NCBI GenBank assembly: GCA_963924565.1
Contig: OZ004609.1
Coordinates: 23,374,001 to 23,438,000, forward strand
Direction: 5' to 3'
Length of the DNA stretch: 64,000 nucleotides
Source of the DNA: Ascidiella aspersa
Taxonomy: Eukaryota
Below are positions 48,814 to 61,966 of this stretch, one piece after another; position 1 is the first letter of the stretch, and every line of letters begins with the position of its first letter. Under the pieces are notes generated by a model that was not told the origin of the DNA, did not search any database, and saw nothing but the letters and a program-made list of their open reading frames with translations. A program made the translations under genes and the position numbers.

Positions 48814-49870
48814 GCAGCAACAACAGCAGAAACAACAGCATCCACAACAACAACAACTTCAACATTTAGAAAGCACATCTTCTTCAGACTCATGTCAGTC
48901 CACAATTTTTTACCTCGGATATTAATATATATGCAATAATGAACCTGTAAGCTATACCCACAGTGTAGACCAGGAGAAGTGCAGGGAGCTATCCAAAGAA
49001 TTCAAGGCTTTTTATATTAAAATCTTTTTACGACGCTTTCAAAGCTAATTTAATCAAGACTTTAATTCTTTTTTGGTTTTTAAATACATTTTGGTTGAAA
49101 CCTTTTAACTTAACTGTCCCCCAGTTCTGTATAAGTATGACTTACGCTTTTTCAGCTCTGCCAGCACAAGGACAATGTAGCAAAAAGAGAAAACACAACT
49201 ACAACGGATACGAACACTACAATGAAGGTATTACATCGTCTTCTAAAAATAAGACGAGGACAGCATTTAAGGTTGCCTTCTACCTCACAGGTTCTCAAAC
49301 TTTTTTTCTTGCGACGACTTTTGAAAAGTTTGTTGCGACGCGCAACCAGGGATACGAATTTATCGAATATTTATTGATTTTTGATTTGTTATAGTATTAA
49401 AAATTGATTGCAGCAGTTTCTTTGTAACAATAAGCTATAACGCCCATGCTAACAATCATTAATTACCGCACTGGAGTTTAGAATTAGATACAAAGCCCAA
49501 TTATTGTGCGACGCTTTAAAAAGTTCAACGACAAACCTGGGTATAAAAACCTCTGCCCTACTGAATAACAAAATTTCTTTTTCAGCTGTGTCGGCCCTAA
49601 AACGTAAGACTGCCAAGAGAAAACAAAACAATCGAAACGACGAAGGTGATTTATATTTGATTTTTGCTAGGTTTTGTAGTTAAACCCCTTCGCCGTTTTT
49701 CAGGCGAAATGACAATATCAGCGTCGTTAGAGGGCAGTTCAAACGACCCGATTATTCACTTCTTCATGAGTATGGCCGAAGAGGCAAGGAGGCTTCCGAC
49801 CGCGGCCAGACTCCAGCTGCAAATTGACATTTTAAAAGCGACTTTAAACGCTCAAAGCTCCCTCAAGTAG
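45600..49870 (+). CDS. Myb/SANT-like (trihelix/MADF-type) DNA-binding protein with polyQ and C-terminal BESS-like motif; exons ~45600-45832, 46078-46274, 47806-47946, 48690-48893, 49156-49227, 49586-49645, 49704-49870
   Basis: 'WSDKEI...RSEELY...MKLLGHNKKFGQIRSKVK...F...HYDTLQRLFANRP' fits the Myb/SANT-like pattern. C-terminal 'DPIIHFFMSMAEEARRLP...LQIDILKA' is BESS-like. Splice phases are consistent; the exon-4 acceptor is weak. Confidence 0.72.
46656..47160. mobile_element. hAT-type MITE (CAGTG...CACTG)
   Basis: gcttaaac repeated at both flanks (the left copy overlaps the terminal C); degenerate TIRs. Confidence 0.6.
47228..47545. mobile_element. hAT-type MITE (CAGGGGTT...AACCCCT), TSD GTTTAAAC
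   Basis: TSD at 47220-47227 and 47546-47553. Confidence 0.7.
48054..48474. mobile_element. hAT-type MITE (TIR CAGGGGTGGGCAAA), 8-bp TSD TACTATAC
   Basis: Perfect TSD at 48046-48053 and 48475-48482; same family as 21889-22292. Confidence 0.9.
48758..48860 (+). repeat. CAA/CAG trinucleotide tract encoding polyQ
   Basis: Directly visible; in frame in exon 4 of the Myb/SANT-BESS gene. Confidence 0.9.
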
Positions 49871-50669
49871 TCAAACGGGCTTATATGAAAGTATACAAGT
49901 GGACTGTCCGGAATGAAACCCACAAACAAATATTTTCCACCCCAAATGCACTCCCAAATGCATCAAAATGCATTTCAAATGCATTGAATGCATTTGCATT
50001 CAATTCCACTTCAAGTGTTTCAAACCCCGATTTTTGCGCGTTCGCCGTCAGCCGTCTACCAACTACCTTTTTGTTTGGTTTATTTTGATAAATAAAAAAT
50101 GCAACGCTTTTCAACCTTGCATTGTGCAAAGAAAACCATGTATCGCTAAACTGAAAACCGATATCTTGACATGCCGTTTAATTGAAATGATATTATTTTG
50201 TGACAAACACATCGACATACCAATTAAAAATTGACCAAAGAAGTTCTAAATACGAGCTGGAGAGTTAACAAACAACCTATTTGGGGGACTTTTTAGAGGG
50301 GATAACAAAAAATGTATATTAAAAAAAGTTTTGATCCTCAGTATAATAATACGTACTGCGTAACTATAGGGTAAGTTGTCAACGCACTGGTTTTATGCGT
50401 AGTTTAAAAAAACTATTAAAATGATTTTCAAAAGGTTTTGTTCCGATTTTGCTGAAATGCCTAACGTTCCTAGTATAGATTAACTTATTTGAGTTTTCTT
50501 TTATTCCAATTCCGTCATCGCTAGGTACAGTGCGGAGCCGTTACTGCATGGCGAAAACGCATTCACTCAACTGTAACATCACGGCTGCTGCGATGTAGGA
50601 ATCCATGTTGCCTTAAGCCCTAAAAAATTGCCTAGCTAGCGTAGAAATTAAAGAAAGGCTCATCCCACA

Positions 50670-50681
50670 AGTTTCGGTTTC
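50670..50681 (+). promoter_or_regulatory. ISRE consensus match upstream of the IRF gene
   Basis: AGTTTCGGTTTC is a full match to AGTTTCNNTTTC. Confidence 0.45.
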
Positions 50682-51959
50682 TAAAATAGTTCATCTGTGT
50701 GCTATTTTCACGGCAGAATTGAAATGATTTTTTTCCTATTAGGCTACATGTTTTTTCTCTGATGAAAATTTTTTAGATGTCTTCTGCGTTTGTCCCGTAA
50801 TTCAATTCCTATACCAGCCTACAAAGTAGCACCACTTGTGAAATGTCGCTCATCCGGATATAGAAACCAAACTAAGGTGAAGACAACATGCCGGTTTACG
50901 TAATGCAGACAATGGTAAGGTTTGGCTGTAGTTTGCAAAAGCTAGATGAAAGAACCACAATTCGAGGCAGCAAATATAAGAAGCTGCAGTTAACAAAACA
51001 TGTTATAATTTTCTAAATTAGCAATTAAGTCGATATATTAAGAACGAATAACATCTAAGAACAATTGCTCACGTAAGTTTTAGTTTAAAGGTGCCAAACA
51101 GTTGAAAAAGAGCAAAAATATCAATTTATTTAATTTTGAATGACTTATCACATCAAATCAGTGCAAGTTAAAAAGTCTATGTTATGGTAAAGTAATTCTT
51201 TAAAACGATTGTTGCATAACCTACAACAAAATCCATGCATGCTATATACAAAAGAAATAAAATTTATTTTGAATATAATAATAAAAAAAAAAAAAACATT
51301 GTTTTGGTGGGGCTGTGCACCAACAATTCATGAATTCGCTTTACTCAGGCTTGGATAATTTTTTAATTCCGAACTAGTAGTTCAATCTAAGCATGTTCTT
51401 ATGCAACCGATGTAGAAACGCTTTGTGTGCAGTTATACGCGAATGGTACATTAAGCCTAACTAATTATATTGAAAATATAAAAAAAGTTGAGAACCACTG
51501 ACTTCTTCATGTATGTTTGAAATTGCCGTAGATTCACCTGCCTTAAGTTACCCAGAAGACGTTTAAGCCTGCTGAAGTGCATTGTGTATTCAGCAAACAC
51601 GAAGCCCACCGGCCACCAACGGAATCGTGAGCCATACATATGCTAGCCTGATCCTATGGGTTACTCATGTGTAAACATCACGTGATATCGCAGACGGAGC
51701 CTTTTTAAAGGAGACAAACAAGTCAATATAAGCAGAACAGGCAGCTCGTCAAGGATAAAGCTAGGGAGTGGAAGCTAACAGGGCACCGAGTTATGTAGCT
51801 TTTAACTTTATGTTTAATACGACTTGGCAAAAAGACAAGGCCAATAACTGTTCTGGTGATATGTAACGAATTTGAGAATGAGATAAGTCACATTTAAAGG
51901 TATACAGTAGTGTGTTTAATTTACGCCAAGGCAAATAGACCGATCAGCAACTTACAATG

Positions 51960-51980
51960 AGTTTCACTTTGGGGTATAAA
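51960..51980 (+). promoter_or_regulatory. ISRE-like element followed by a TATA box (candidate IRF core promoter)
   Basis: AGTTTCACTTTG at 51960-51971 and TATAAA at 51975-51980. Possible donor at 52027 and acceptor at 52553 before the ATG at 52604. Confidence 0.4.
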
Positions 51981-52603
51981 GACAGTATTTTTTAAACTTG
52001 GCTTCTACAAATATAAATGTAGCCTGGTAATTAACGTTTCCAGTGGGTTGCTAAAACGGTATTGTTGACTTATTGAAAGTGATCATATAGTATTGCATAA
52101 CTTGCGACTACACATATTATGCTGCATTAACAACAATCAGCTACAAAAACCCCAATAGGACCCTATCAAAGTATTTTTAGCATAGCAGTCAGCCTAAATT
52201 TGGAAATATAGGTACCTAGTTTAACAGGCCATATAGGTTTAGAAACTTCTTAGCCAAGCAACTTTCTTGCACAAACATTAAGATTGGTGAGATGTTCATC
52301 TTTAATATTTTAACGCCCGTGTCAAATGTTTGCAAATAAGTTACATTCGCACCCTTAAAAAAGTTGGATGCATATTTTCACTATGCGAATAAAACGCCCA
52401 CGACTATGCACTGTTCATTTACATAGCTGCTGTCTTGACAGGCCCACAGACTTCCCGACAACAATGCTTGAGTGACGTCAAACTTTTGTCAAACGTGGGA
52501 TATGTGTTTCTTCCTGACTGGCCTGTTGTAACTGATATAGCTTTTTCGCGCAGTCGTGTAGCAAATTAGTGAGGCTTATTTACGTTTTAAAATAAGAACT
52601 GCT

Positions 52604-55600
52604 ATGGGTGAACCTGTAAAGCTTGCCGCTTTTCTGAGGGACAGATGCGATGCAGGTCATTATGGCTTGCAGTACATAAACGCTGACAAAAACCTGATTG
52701 CAATTCCCTGGCCGGTGGCGCCGCGGCCAAACGAAAGCCTGGCTCCAGCTTTCGAAATGTTCAGGGTGAGTTTTAAACAATGGTTTACACGTACTTTCTA
52801 TTGTTGTACATATTGCTTTGTCCTTGTTTACGAACTATGCAGAGCCGGATGAACCCTAGGCCTATTAGGTGCCCTAAGCACTTACAAGATTGTGGTACAA
52901 CCCATAAATATGTAATTCAAAAATATTAAATGAGTAAACACAAAATAAAAACTAAACTATATATATTACAGTTATAAATAATATTTAAAAAAAAAAGGTT
53001 GTATGTTATGAATTTGCGCTGATATATTTTTGCCCTAAAATGATTGGGATATAACAAATATAATGTAAAACTGAAAATATTTTGTGTTGCCCCGTTTCCC
53101 TTGATGCCCTATAAGCACGTGCTTATATTGCTTAATGGTTAATCCATCCCTGGAACAAACGATTTTAGTATAGTCGTGCACGGAACTTTAATTTCAAACT
53201 TATTCTACAGTCAATCAGTCATATATGCCTATAAGTGCATTAACATTCACAAAAAGGATACCATAACAAACTATGGCGAATGTTCTGTGCGCAATAGGAA
53301 ATCTAAGATATATAATAGAGTTACGACAAGCAAATACAATAATTCGACAAACAAATGCAAAAAAATAAAACTTTGTTTCCATGTCTATTTTAACTAGTTA
53401 AAAGAGAAAACTTACTTGTAGACACGTCACGAAACGTGCATTGCGACATCGGAAGTGCCTAGAGCCGCTTACTCTGCGTATTTGTACTAACGTGGTGGTC
53501 TGCGAAAGACTTCTACATTGTTAGATTTTTCGTTTATTGAGTCTTGTATTCAAAAGGCGTGTCTTTCTTAAAGCGGTACATATATGGTTTGCGAGTAACT
53601 TGTGACGCTTGGACATTAAAACATATTTTACTTAGCCGATTCGTTAATATTAAAACAAACAATTGTATATGTGCCTTAAAGGATTTTTAAATGTCATTCT
53701 ACCAAAGCAGTTGAATGTTGGTAAAACAATTTTTCCGGCCGTAACATCAATACAGTGCCCTTAAAAACCCATCTTCCGTGGCCATTGCGGAAGCTGTATC
53801 TCTTAATGTCGAGCGGAAAATCCCCGTGAAATTCGATCACGATCGCTTAAACTTTGAAGGGTTTGCACTGTCAAGTGGCAAGCTGGCTTCTGCAATAGTT
53901 GTACAATCGAAACCAAGTTCGATCAAAATTAATCTCGATATATTGTAATTTGTAATGCAATGGGGCTTGGATTTTAATTTGGGCGGGGGATCAATACTTT
54001 TTGAGGTATGACGTCACAATTCATATCAGAACGTGACGACATAGTAATCTTCGAAGCGTTTTCTTTTCGAACGACCTTGGATGCAATTATATAAGTGAAA
54101 GGTTTGTCGCGCAAAGCGATAAAATATTAAGTTAGAGGTTTGACCAAGACCATTCGTTTTCTATATGGATTAGCTTTTAACAAAAGTCAAGTGTGTATTT
54201 TGAAAAATTGAAATCATTTTTGAGCGTTTAACCATTAATCAGCATTTCCAATATTGTTTCCAAACCTTAGTTTCCATTGATCGAACCCTAGCTTACTGTT
54301 ATTTTATTTTTGTCAATCCACAAGCATGTCAACAACTGATTACTATTAAAATAATAGTCCAGGCAAGGGTGAATCACTTTTGCAGATGATACATTATTTT
54401 AACTTGGTGCGTCGCTATCCTGGAGTAAGGGGTACATGTGATGACCACGCAAACAATAGGCTGGCGTTTAAATCAAGAGGCTAAAATGTTCGTTTTACAT
54501 AGAGTTGCTATTTTCTCCCAGGAATGGGCCAGGCTGTCCTTCCAAAAGCGCAACAACGAGTTTTCCGAAAACGAACCGCCGACTACGCAAAAGCACAGGT
54601 TCCGCAATGCTTTGTCCCGAGCCGACGGTATTGTTCCAAGGAAAGACCTCGCTTCAAACAACAGAAGGGTTTACGAATTTGTTGGTAAGTTTGGTTTTAA
54701 ATTTGCCCTCACTGAAACTTGACGCGTTCTGGTCATTATCCCAAGGTCACATAATTTCACCCCCGACTGGCTAACCTACGATTTATCTACTAATTATATC
54801 AACAGCCAAGTATTAAAGATTTTTTTAATTTAAACCCATATAACAATGTGTTATAGGGTTATATTTGGCATTATTTGTGTAGAAAAATTATAAACTACTA
54901 TCCAAAAAGAGGTTACCAAGGCAAAAAGATATGAAATTCGAAAGGAGAGTATAAAACTAACCATATGCAACATACAGAATATGTAACAAAAAATAGGGAA
55001 AACATTGGCCACCCTGAGGTGTACGCATTTTGTGGCAAAGTCACTTTCACCGCGTGAATGCGTTGGTGTTCGTAAGTTGAATTTTACTGCGACACGAACT
55101 ACAAAACTGTTTCGGCGAAACTTGTTACGGGCCCCTAATATACCCCGACCAGTCGCGCCCGCGGGGCAAATACACTGTTATAAACTGTGCCGGGTTCTCG
55201 GCGCTATACCCAACCTCGGTTTCGCCGTCGCTCGTCGTTGTGTTTGCGCAACCATAGGGCAAGTTCTCCTTTGTGTAAGCTGTATGGCGAAACTGCTTGG
55301 GTTAAATGAGTGCGGGGAATTCCGGGCTCGCTTTACCTCCGATTCTATTCGACGACGCGATGTTTGCCCTTCGGCTCGTCGCGCTCTGTTTGCCAACACT
55401 CCGAGGCCTTTGTCCGCCGGTGTTTAAAGCGTGTTGTCAGCGAGGGATTTTCCCCGCATAGGCGGTGATTCTAAAAGGACTAAGGCGATTCGCGAACACC
55501 ACCGTTCCCGGGTGTGCCTAATGTTTTGTGTTTGTTACTTGCGATGATTCTAGGGTTCGATTTTTACAGAAAATCGGCCAAGGTTGGGTGACTGCGAAAG

Positions 55601-58600
55601 GTATATACTTAATTAGTGGAACTATGCAGGTAATCGTACGTTATTGGCCAAACTACCAAATCTCTGTATTTAGACTAAATCAAATATGTGTCCTTTCAAC
55701 GTACGTTGTAAAGCAAAACTAAACGAAAAATACATGGACTGCTTCGATTATCCTCGGGAATTTACTCTTTCTTTAACTGCCCAGTGCCCATGTAGATAAA
55801 TTTGATAATGGGCCATTAAACTAAACAAAAAAAAGGTCGCTGACACGTTATGCAAATAAGAACCGCTAAACAACGTAACGACTGGGTCGATCGTTTATTG
55901 ATTTTATACGATAATTTTAATGTGTCATACATTCTGGCATAAATTTAGTCGAAATTTTTCGTTATGATGCTGGTTTAATTGTAATATTTACTTTTCTTTT
56001 TAGAGTCAAAGAAAAAAGTCCCACAATCACAATCGAGTCCTCTGCAACCAGGTATTCGATTTGATTGTTCGTATATAAGTTCCACATAAAGCGCTCAGTT
56101 TTGAAGCACAAAACGTCCTTCGGTTGCATTAGTGGACGTTAAATTCAGCACTGTGCCTATTAGAAATTCATTTGGCTGCAAAAAAAATGGAATCCACTCT
56201 TTTACGCATTTTGTGACTTCAGATTTTCTCACAATTCTTGCGAAATATTAAAACGGCGAAAATTCAGGAAAACATTTTACAGCAACGTCGACCCTTATTT
56301 GGAACCCTAAGCATGATAAAAACCTAAGTCCGGCTCATCATGCGAATTGTGTATTTGCTTGCAGTTCCATCGGTCATCGCACATTCGCAAAACATCGGCT
56401 ACACTGGTGAGTTTAACGTGGTGCAAGGTTCGCCACCGGGCGGCGCCTACCCAGACGTGTACCCCACTACAGATAACTTTATGGACACCGGCAATATTTT
56501 GGAGCCCGCCATGGCCAGACAAGAATGGCCCGCCCCTTCCGAATACTCTCCCAATGGGAACAACTGGCCGGGATCTCCAGATTCGGTGAGTTAAAGTGGC
56601 TGCCTATAACATTGTTTCTTGACCTTTTTTTCGCAGCGACCCAACTAGCAAGTATAACTGCGATCCTGGCGACCAATTAATATTCCCTGTAGTTTTATAG
56701 ATCAACAAAACATAAGACAAACAGCACAAATCAATTCATACATATCAATATTATGAGACGTCTTCATAGAAACTGCATTCTCAAACTTTATACTAATCTT
56801 GCTCTGAACCAATCTTAACAAATTATCCCATGTGAACTAGGGCAGTAGGCTGTTAAAAAGCAGTAGGCTATTAAAGGATGATTCTTGGGGTGAAATTAGC
56901 CTCATTTTTCCTGCCACTCAAAAGCAAGATTAGGTCTCATTGAACGCTTCCCCCCAAAAAAAGTTAAACGGGCAAATTGAACACAAGACATGGAAAGTAA
57001 GTTTTATTTATGGCATCATAATGCGCAAAAATGCAAATTCGGTAACTTTAAATTGGCAGCAAAATAAAAACAAACAAGGACTTCAGCCATAAGACCGAAA
57101 CAATAAAAACATCAACGTCGGAATAAAACACAGTTCGGAATAAGTCCAAAATAGGACTTATACCTAAAAAATACCGCATTTGCAAGATTAAACAGCATAT
57201 CGTAACAGAAACTCAGCCGAGAGATTTGTCTTTGTACAGAACCAGCAGAACGTGGACGAGGTCCTGGACCTGATCCGGCCCGGGGACAACACCAACTTCT
57301 TCGATCAGATCGAGGTCGACGACTTCCCGGCGCAGCCCGAGATCCTGCCGCCCCCGCAACAACCCCAGCAGCCCCAGCGAGTACCCTTGGGTGCGCCTAT
57401 CCCGCGTGCCAAGGACAATTCGACCCTCGCCATCAGCCTGTCGTTTCGCGACGAAGAAGCGATGCGCCATTTCGTGGCCAACAACGAGGGTTGCCGGGTT
57501 TACTACGGCCCCAATATTCCCGACATCTCGCAGCTTGTTGAGCCCGAACACCTGGACATCATCACCCGCTCGCTGCGCCACGATCCCGGCGTGTTGTTTG
57601 GACCCGGGCGCTGGGAGCAAGTCAAGGTATGAGTCAGTCTTATTTTTCATTCTCGCGTTTGACCGACTCCGTTGCGTACTTTTTTGCTTTAAGAAAGGGC
57701 CTTTGTATGTTAACGGCTCGTTGCAAAGCTTCCACCAAACGGTATGGCAAAATTGATCATTTTTGACCAACAATCCTTTTTAAAACGTTAACTGCTGGAA
57801 ATCTTTATTGGCGCACTGGTCAGTTAGACGCGTAATATGAATCAGTGGCTAAATTGTTTTAACGAAGGATATTTCAACAATCAAAATGTTTAAATACGTC
57901 AAACGCTCTTTGATTGCTCTTCTACGCGCCCTGATCATCTCATATTTGTAGAACTAGGTGATTTTTGATTGTTTTTAAAATGATTTGTAACGTTTTCTTA
58001 TCAAAAAACGTAGACATTGGTCCAACCATGGCCCAAGGGAGCATACCCTGGCTATAGACAAAAAGCGATTAAAACACACTTACAGTATGGTTTTGGCGTT
58101 ATACCTCGGCAGCGCCCACGTATTAAATTCACTTGGTTAGACTGCCACTTGATCAGGGGTTCTTAACCTTTTTATGGTCGTGTTTTGAAATATTCCGTGG
58201 CTCACTTCTCAAGTTCTGCTTTAATTGGTCATAACCAGATAAGAACCCATGTACTACAACTAGATAGTGTCTTTCTGTGAGACGAATTTAGGCTTTTTTT
58301 GGTATTCACTGCTTGCCCGTTGGTCAGTTGCCTGCAGCGGACAACTTCATGAGATCGCCAAAGCAGCTGGAGAAAACCAGGTCGATCTTGCAGAACATGG
58401 AACGCGGCCTTCTGCTCTACCTGGACTCCAGTCAAGCTCAATACAGCAACGATGTGCCGGATGTGTATGCGGTTCGCCTTTGTCAAACCAGGGTAAGCGA
58501 CTAAGCGTGACTTTAAATCGGATGCAAACTATAGGTGGAATGCTTATGGATTTTTAAGGCCATTTTTATGCACATATTGTAATTTATGAGAATCAAAAAC

Positions 58601-61600
58601 AATCGGTCCGCTGTTCGATAGAAATATTTTTTGTCAATCGCGTTAGAATTGGGCTTTTATGCCAAGCGTGAACAGTCTCGGTATTAGTTGGAAAAGGTTG
58701 TCTCTGGGATAACTTAGGTCAGGTTTGGAATAGATTAACTACGTTTTAACCTATTAAACCCTACAAGATCATATCCGGCTTTTTGTTTTTATTAAAATAA
58801 ATTTGCATCGTTCGCATATGACGTATTTGGTCCGCTGATCCTTAATGAAAACTATAAGAAGCAATCATATAGCAACTTACTTTTTGCAATTGGGATTTAT
58901 TTACTTTAAGCCTAAGGTATAGATTTACTATGGAACAAATGACCAATATAGATGCCTAAATTTAGAGTTGAACAATAAAGCAATGTGATGTACTCATCCG
59001 GTCACAGGCTGATAATTTTATCACATGTTACTAAATTTGTAGTATTGTATCTAAGTAAATAACTTATTAAAGGGTAAAGCATTCCTGTCCTATATTACTA
59101 ACATTTACTTTATAAAACGTATGAAATTTACTAGCTTTTTTTATAAAATGCACCTTGTACAGTTTTATCCATGCCGATAAATATTCTGGATGTGCACTTG
59201 ATTATTGTTTTAAAATCGTCCCGAAACGTTTGACCATTGTGATCAAAATATAAAAACAGGGTGTCAAATCGTTATAACTAGAAAATCGCCCAAATATTTA
59301 AAGTTCGTAGGCCTACTCGAAAACAAAAACCTTGTAACAATACCGATCCTAGTAAAAGCAATAATTTAGATGTAAGCGCACATAGAAATATAACAATTGG
59401 TAATGTGACTTTTCTATTTTAGCGCTAACCGCCAGGCGTTGTCAGTAGTTTCCCAAAGTTGGTGTCCAGTTTTATTTAGTTAAATTGCATTGTAGTTGGT
59501 TATAGTTATTCTTGTACGATATAATTAATTGTCCTGCCCGGGGCAAACCATTCACCGAAGCGAAATAACAAACCGGCGTAGAATGCCGATTGAAGAGCAC
59601 ACAATGAATGTGGCCGGCCAGGGGTAAACTACTTAGCGCAAGATTTCCGTCGGGGGAGTTTCGCGCCATTATGACTGAGCACAGAAAAGCGTTCATTAAA
59701 CGCGTTTCAAAATCCCCGGGACAGTTTATAACTGCTTGGAGGGCCAATCCCGCGGACCTTTAACCCTTTTGCAGTGTTGGGCAACAAGCGGCGCCATTGT
59801 TAAGTCACATTTTTGTCGCTCGCAGATATTCCCCTGTGGCCAGCAGCAGCAACAGTCACAGGCGGCTAACGTGCAGCAAACCGGTCAGTGGTTGCCCAGA
59901 GCTCCTGATGCCAGAAGCCTGCGTAGATTGGAGGTAAATTATAGTGTTGTTCGCTTTAGCTTACCGCTCACCGTTTTTATGCATTTTCCTACTGTGTTGG
60001 CGGATGACGGCATTTTGAATTTTGATTAAACATACATGACAAGCCGTATCGCGTTACTCGATATAGGGCCGGAGCGTCGTGTTTCTGTCCAACGCTTTTC
60101 ACACAGCGCAGTGGCAAACGCTCAACACTTAATAAGTAAAACGACCGGTCATACGTATCAAAGGGTATATATCACAAAAGAAAGGTTTCAATAAGAGGTA
60201 TACTCGATCGCACTCAAAGCAAGACACGCGTCTGATAGCAACATGACTAGACTGCCATGTAAACAGCATTTGCGAAATCCACTGCATGTAAGTTTTGTCA
60301 AACTATTTTTAACTGTCTATCGATGTTCGCCTCAAAAACTAATTGGAGGAGACTGATCAATAACGTCAAATTGATTTTTAGGATCTATTAATAAAAAACG
60401 TAATCATTATCATTTTTTTTTTAACAAAAATTAATCAGGATCTAAACAAACAATACGTTTAGCATTTTTAGTAATTGTTAGACGACCTCATAATCGTTAG
60501 TGGGAAGTATCGATGTTATTTTAAAGCAATCGCGGGCTGAACTATAAAGCTCTAGCAAGTTTCTGATAGTGTCGGGAATATTGGTTAGAATACATACATA
60601 GATTATCACGCAAAAGTCTAATTTTAATTGGTTTATATTAGCATATTAGGAATAGGATCTTGATTTTGGTTAAATAAAAATATGTACCAGTTTTGATTAT
60701 GTACAATGCTTATTTTTGTTATAAAGGCATCATTAGAAGATTGTTTGGGCAAGTCCGTACATATTCACGTGTCTTACATATATCAATTCCAAGATCACTT
60801 CCTAACATCGTAAAAAAATCTCAGTTTTGCTGACGTATTAACGTTTAAAGTGTATAACGATGAAATAATTTCAAGATCGATCGACAAAAAGTTTAGCATG
60901 TAAATATCGCTTTTTACGTCTTGTCATGTGAGGCGTTCACTTTTAAAAAATAAAAATCTATTTTTAATTGCCACACTAATTTAAAACCGCCGATAAGTTT
61001 AACATGCTAAAATGTACGTCATTTTTCTGTAGTGTTATAGCGCACGTAGTACACGAAACAATACTTGTGAAAGCGGAAGAGATGGCTGACACGATCTGAA
61101 ACTGAAGCAGTCATAGTTTTTCGTCTGGGTTATTTTTAAAAGACAGCTTTTGTTAGACGAAACAAACACCAGGCTATTTTTACTACGCAAAGCAGCGATC
61201 TTGAATTTTCTATTCATAATACGTCACACCGTTTGCACCGCAATAACCCTACGTATTTTAAAAATTGACCCGGAATAATGCGTACGTGGACTTTGAACTG
61301 CCCTTACTTAACATACAAAGGCCCTGGCAAGTCAACCATGTGCAAGGGGGCCTTTCCATATTCAACAATAGAGTTTTCCAAAAACAGATTAAACAAAATC
61401 GCGTAACTGCGTATCGGAATTCACCCTAACGCACGAACCACTATGGCGAACAAACAAATCAGCGGATGCACTCACTTGACTCAGCACGTCTTCAAAAAGC
61501 GAGAAATTACAAATAAAATGTAAAACCGAACGCGCATCGCGTTTTTTAAACCATTTTCCGAGCTTTACCACTAATACCTTTTACCCGAGGTACCAGCTTC

Positions 61601-61966
61601 TAGCCTAAACTTTCTGACCTTTATCATTTGCAGTGCACCAAGGTGTTTGACGGGCAGCTCTTCAGTCAGGAGTTCAACGCCGCCGCCTCCCGCGGCCAGA
61701 AGAGCCCGTCGGCCAGCTTCGTTCTTTCGCTGGGGCAGCGCACCACGGACGAGACCCTACTGGTGTCGCTTACCGTCACCGTGCAGCGCGCCTACCAGAT
61801 GATACAGAATCGCGCGGACGAGAATCAAGAGGTCTTCATCTCGGGCGCTACATCGATGGACGACGAGGCCCACAAGCTCGCAGACAAGCTCAAGAGCTCG
61901 TGCACTCTCAGCGCGTCCGACTCCGATTATTCCCAGCCTCCGCCGCGCGTTTTTCTACAATCCTAG
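52604..61966 (+). CDS. Divergent interferon regulatory factor (IRF DNA-binding domain + IAD/SMAD-FHA-like domain); exons 52604-52765, 54522-54684, 56004-56051, 56365-56585, 57240-57626, 58328-58492, 59826-59933, 61634-61966 (~528 aa)
   Basis: DBD-like 'L..FL....DAGHYGLQYINADKNLIAIPW', 'FREWA', 'KHRFRNAL', 'RVYEF'. IAD-like 'GCRVYYG', 'ILQNMERGLLL', 'DVYAVRLCQTRIF', 'TKVFD', 'FVLSLGQ', 'LLVSLTV'. All junctions are GT-AG and in frame. Confidence 0.85.
52840..53152. mobile_element. Degenerate MITE in IRF intron 1
   Basis: Termini CAGAGCCGGAT...ATCCATCCCTG and duplicated gccct(a)taagcac motif; TSD degenerate. Confidence 0.45.

Noticed and set aside
48645-48905. Poly-Leu and poly-Val ORFs
   Set aside because: Antisense readings of the CAA/CAG polyQ tract.
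55005-55427. 140-aa ORF in IRF intron 2
   Set aside because: Non-ATG start and no homology cues; better explained as a GC-rich regulatory island.
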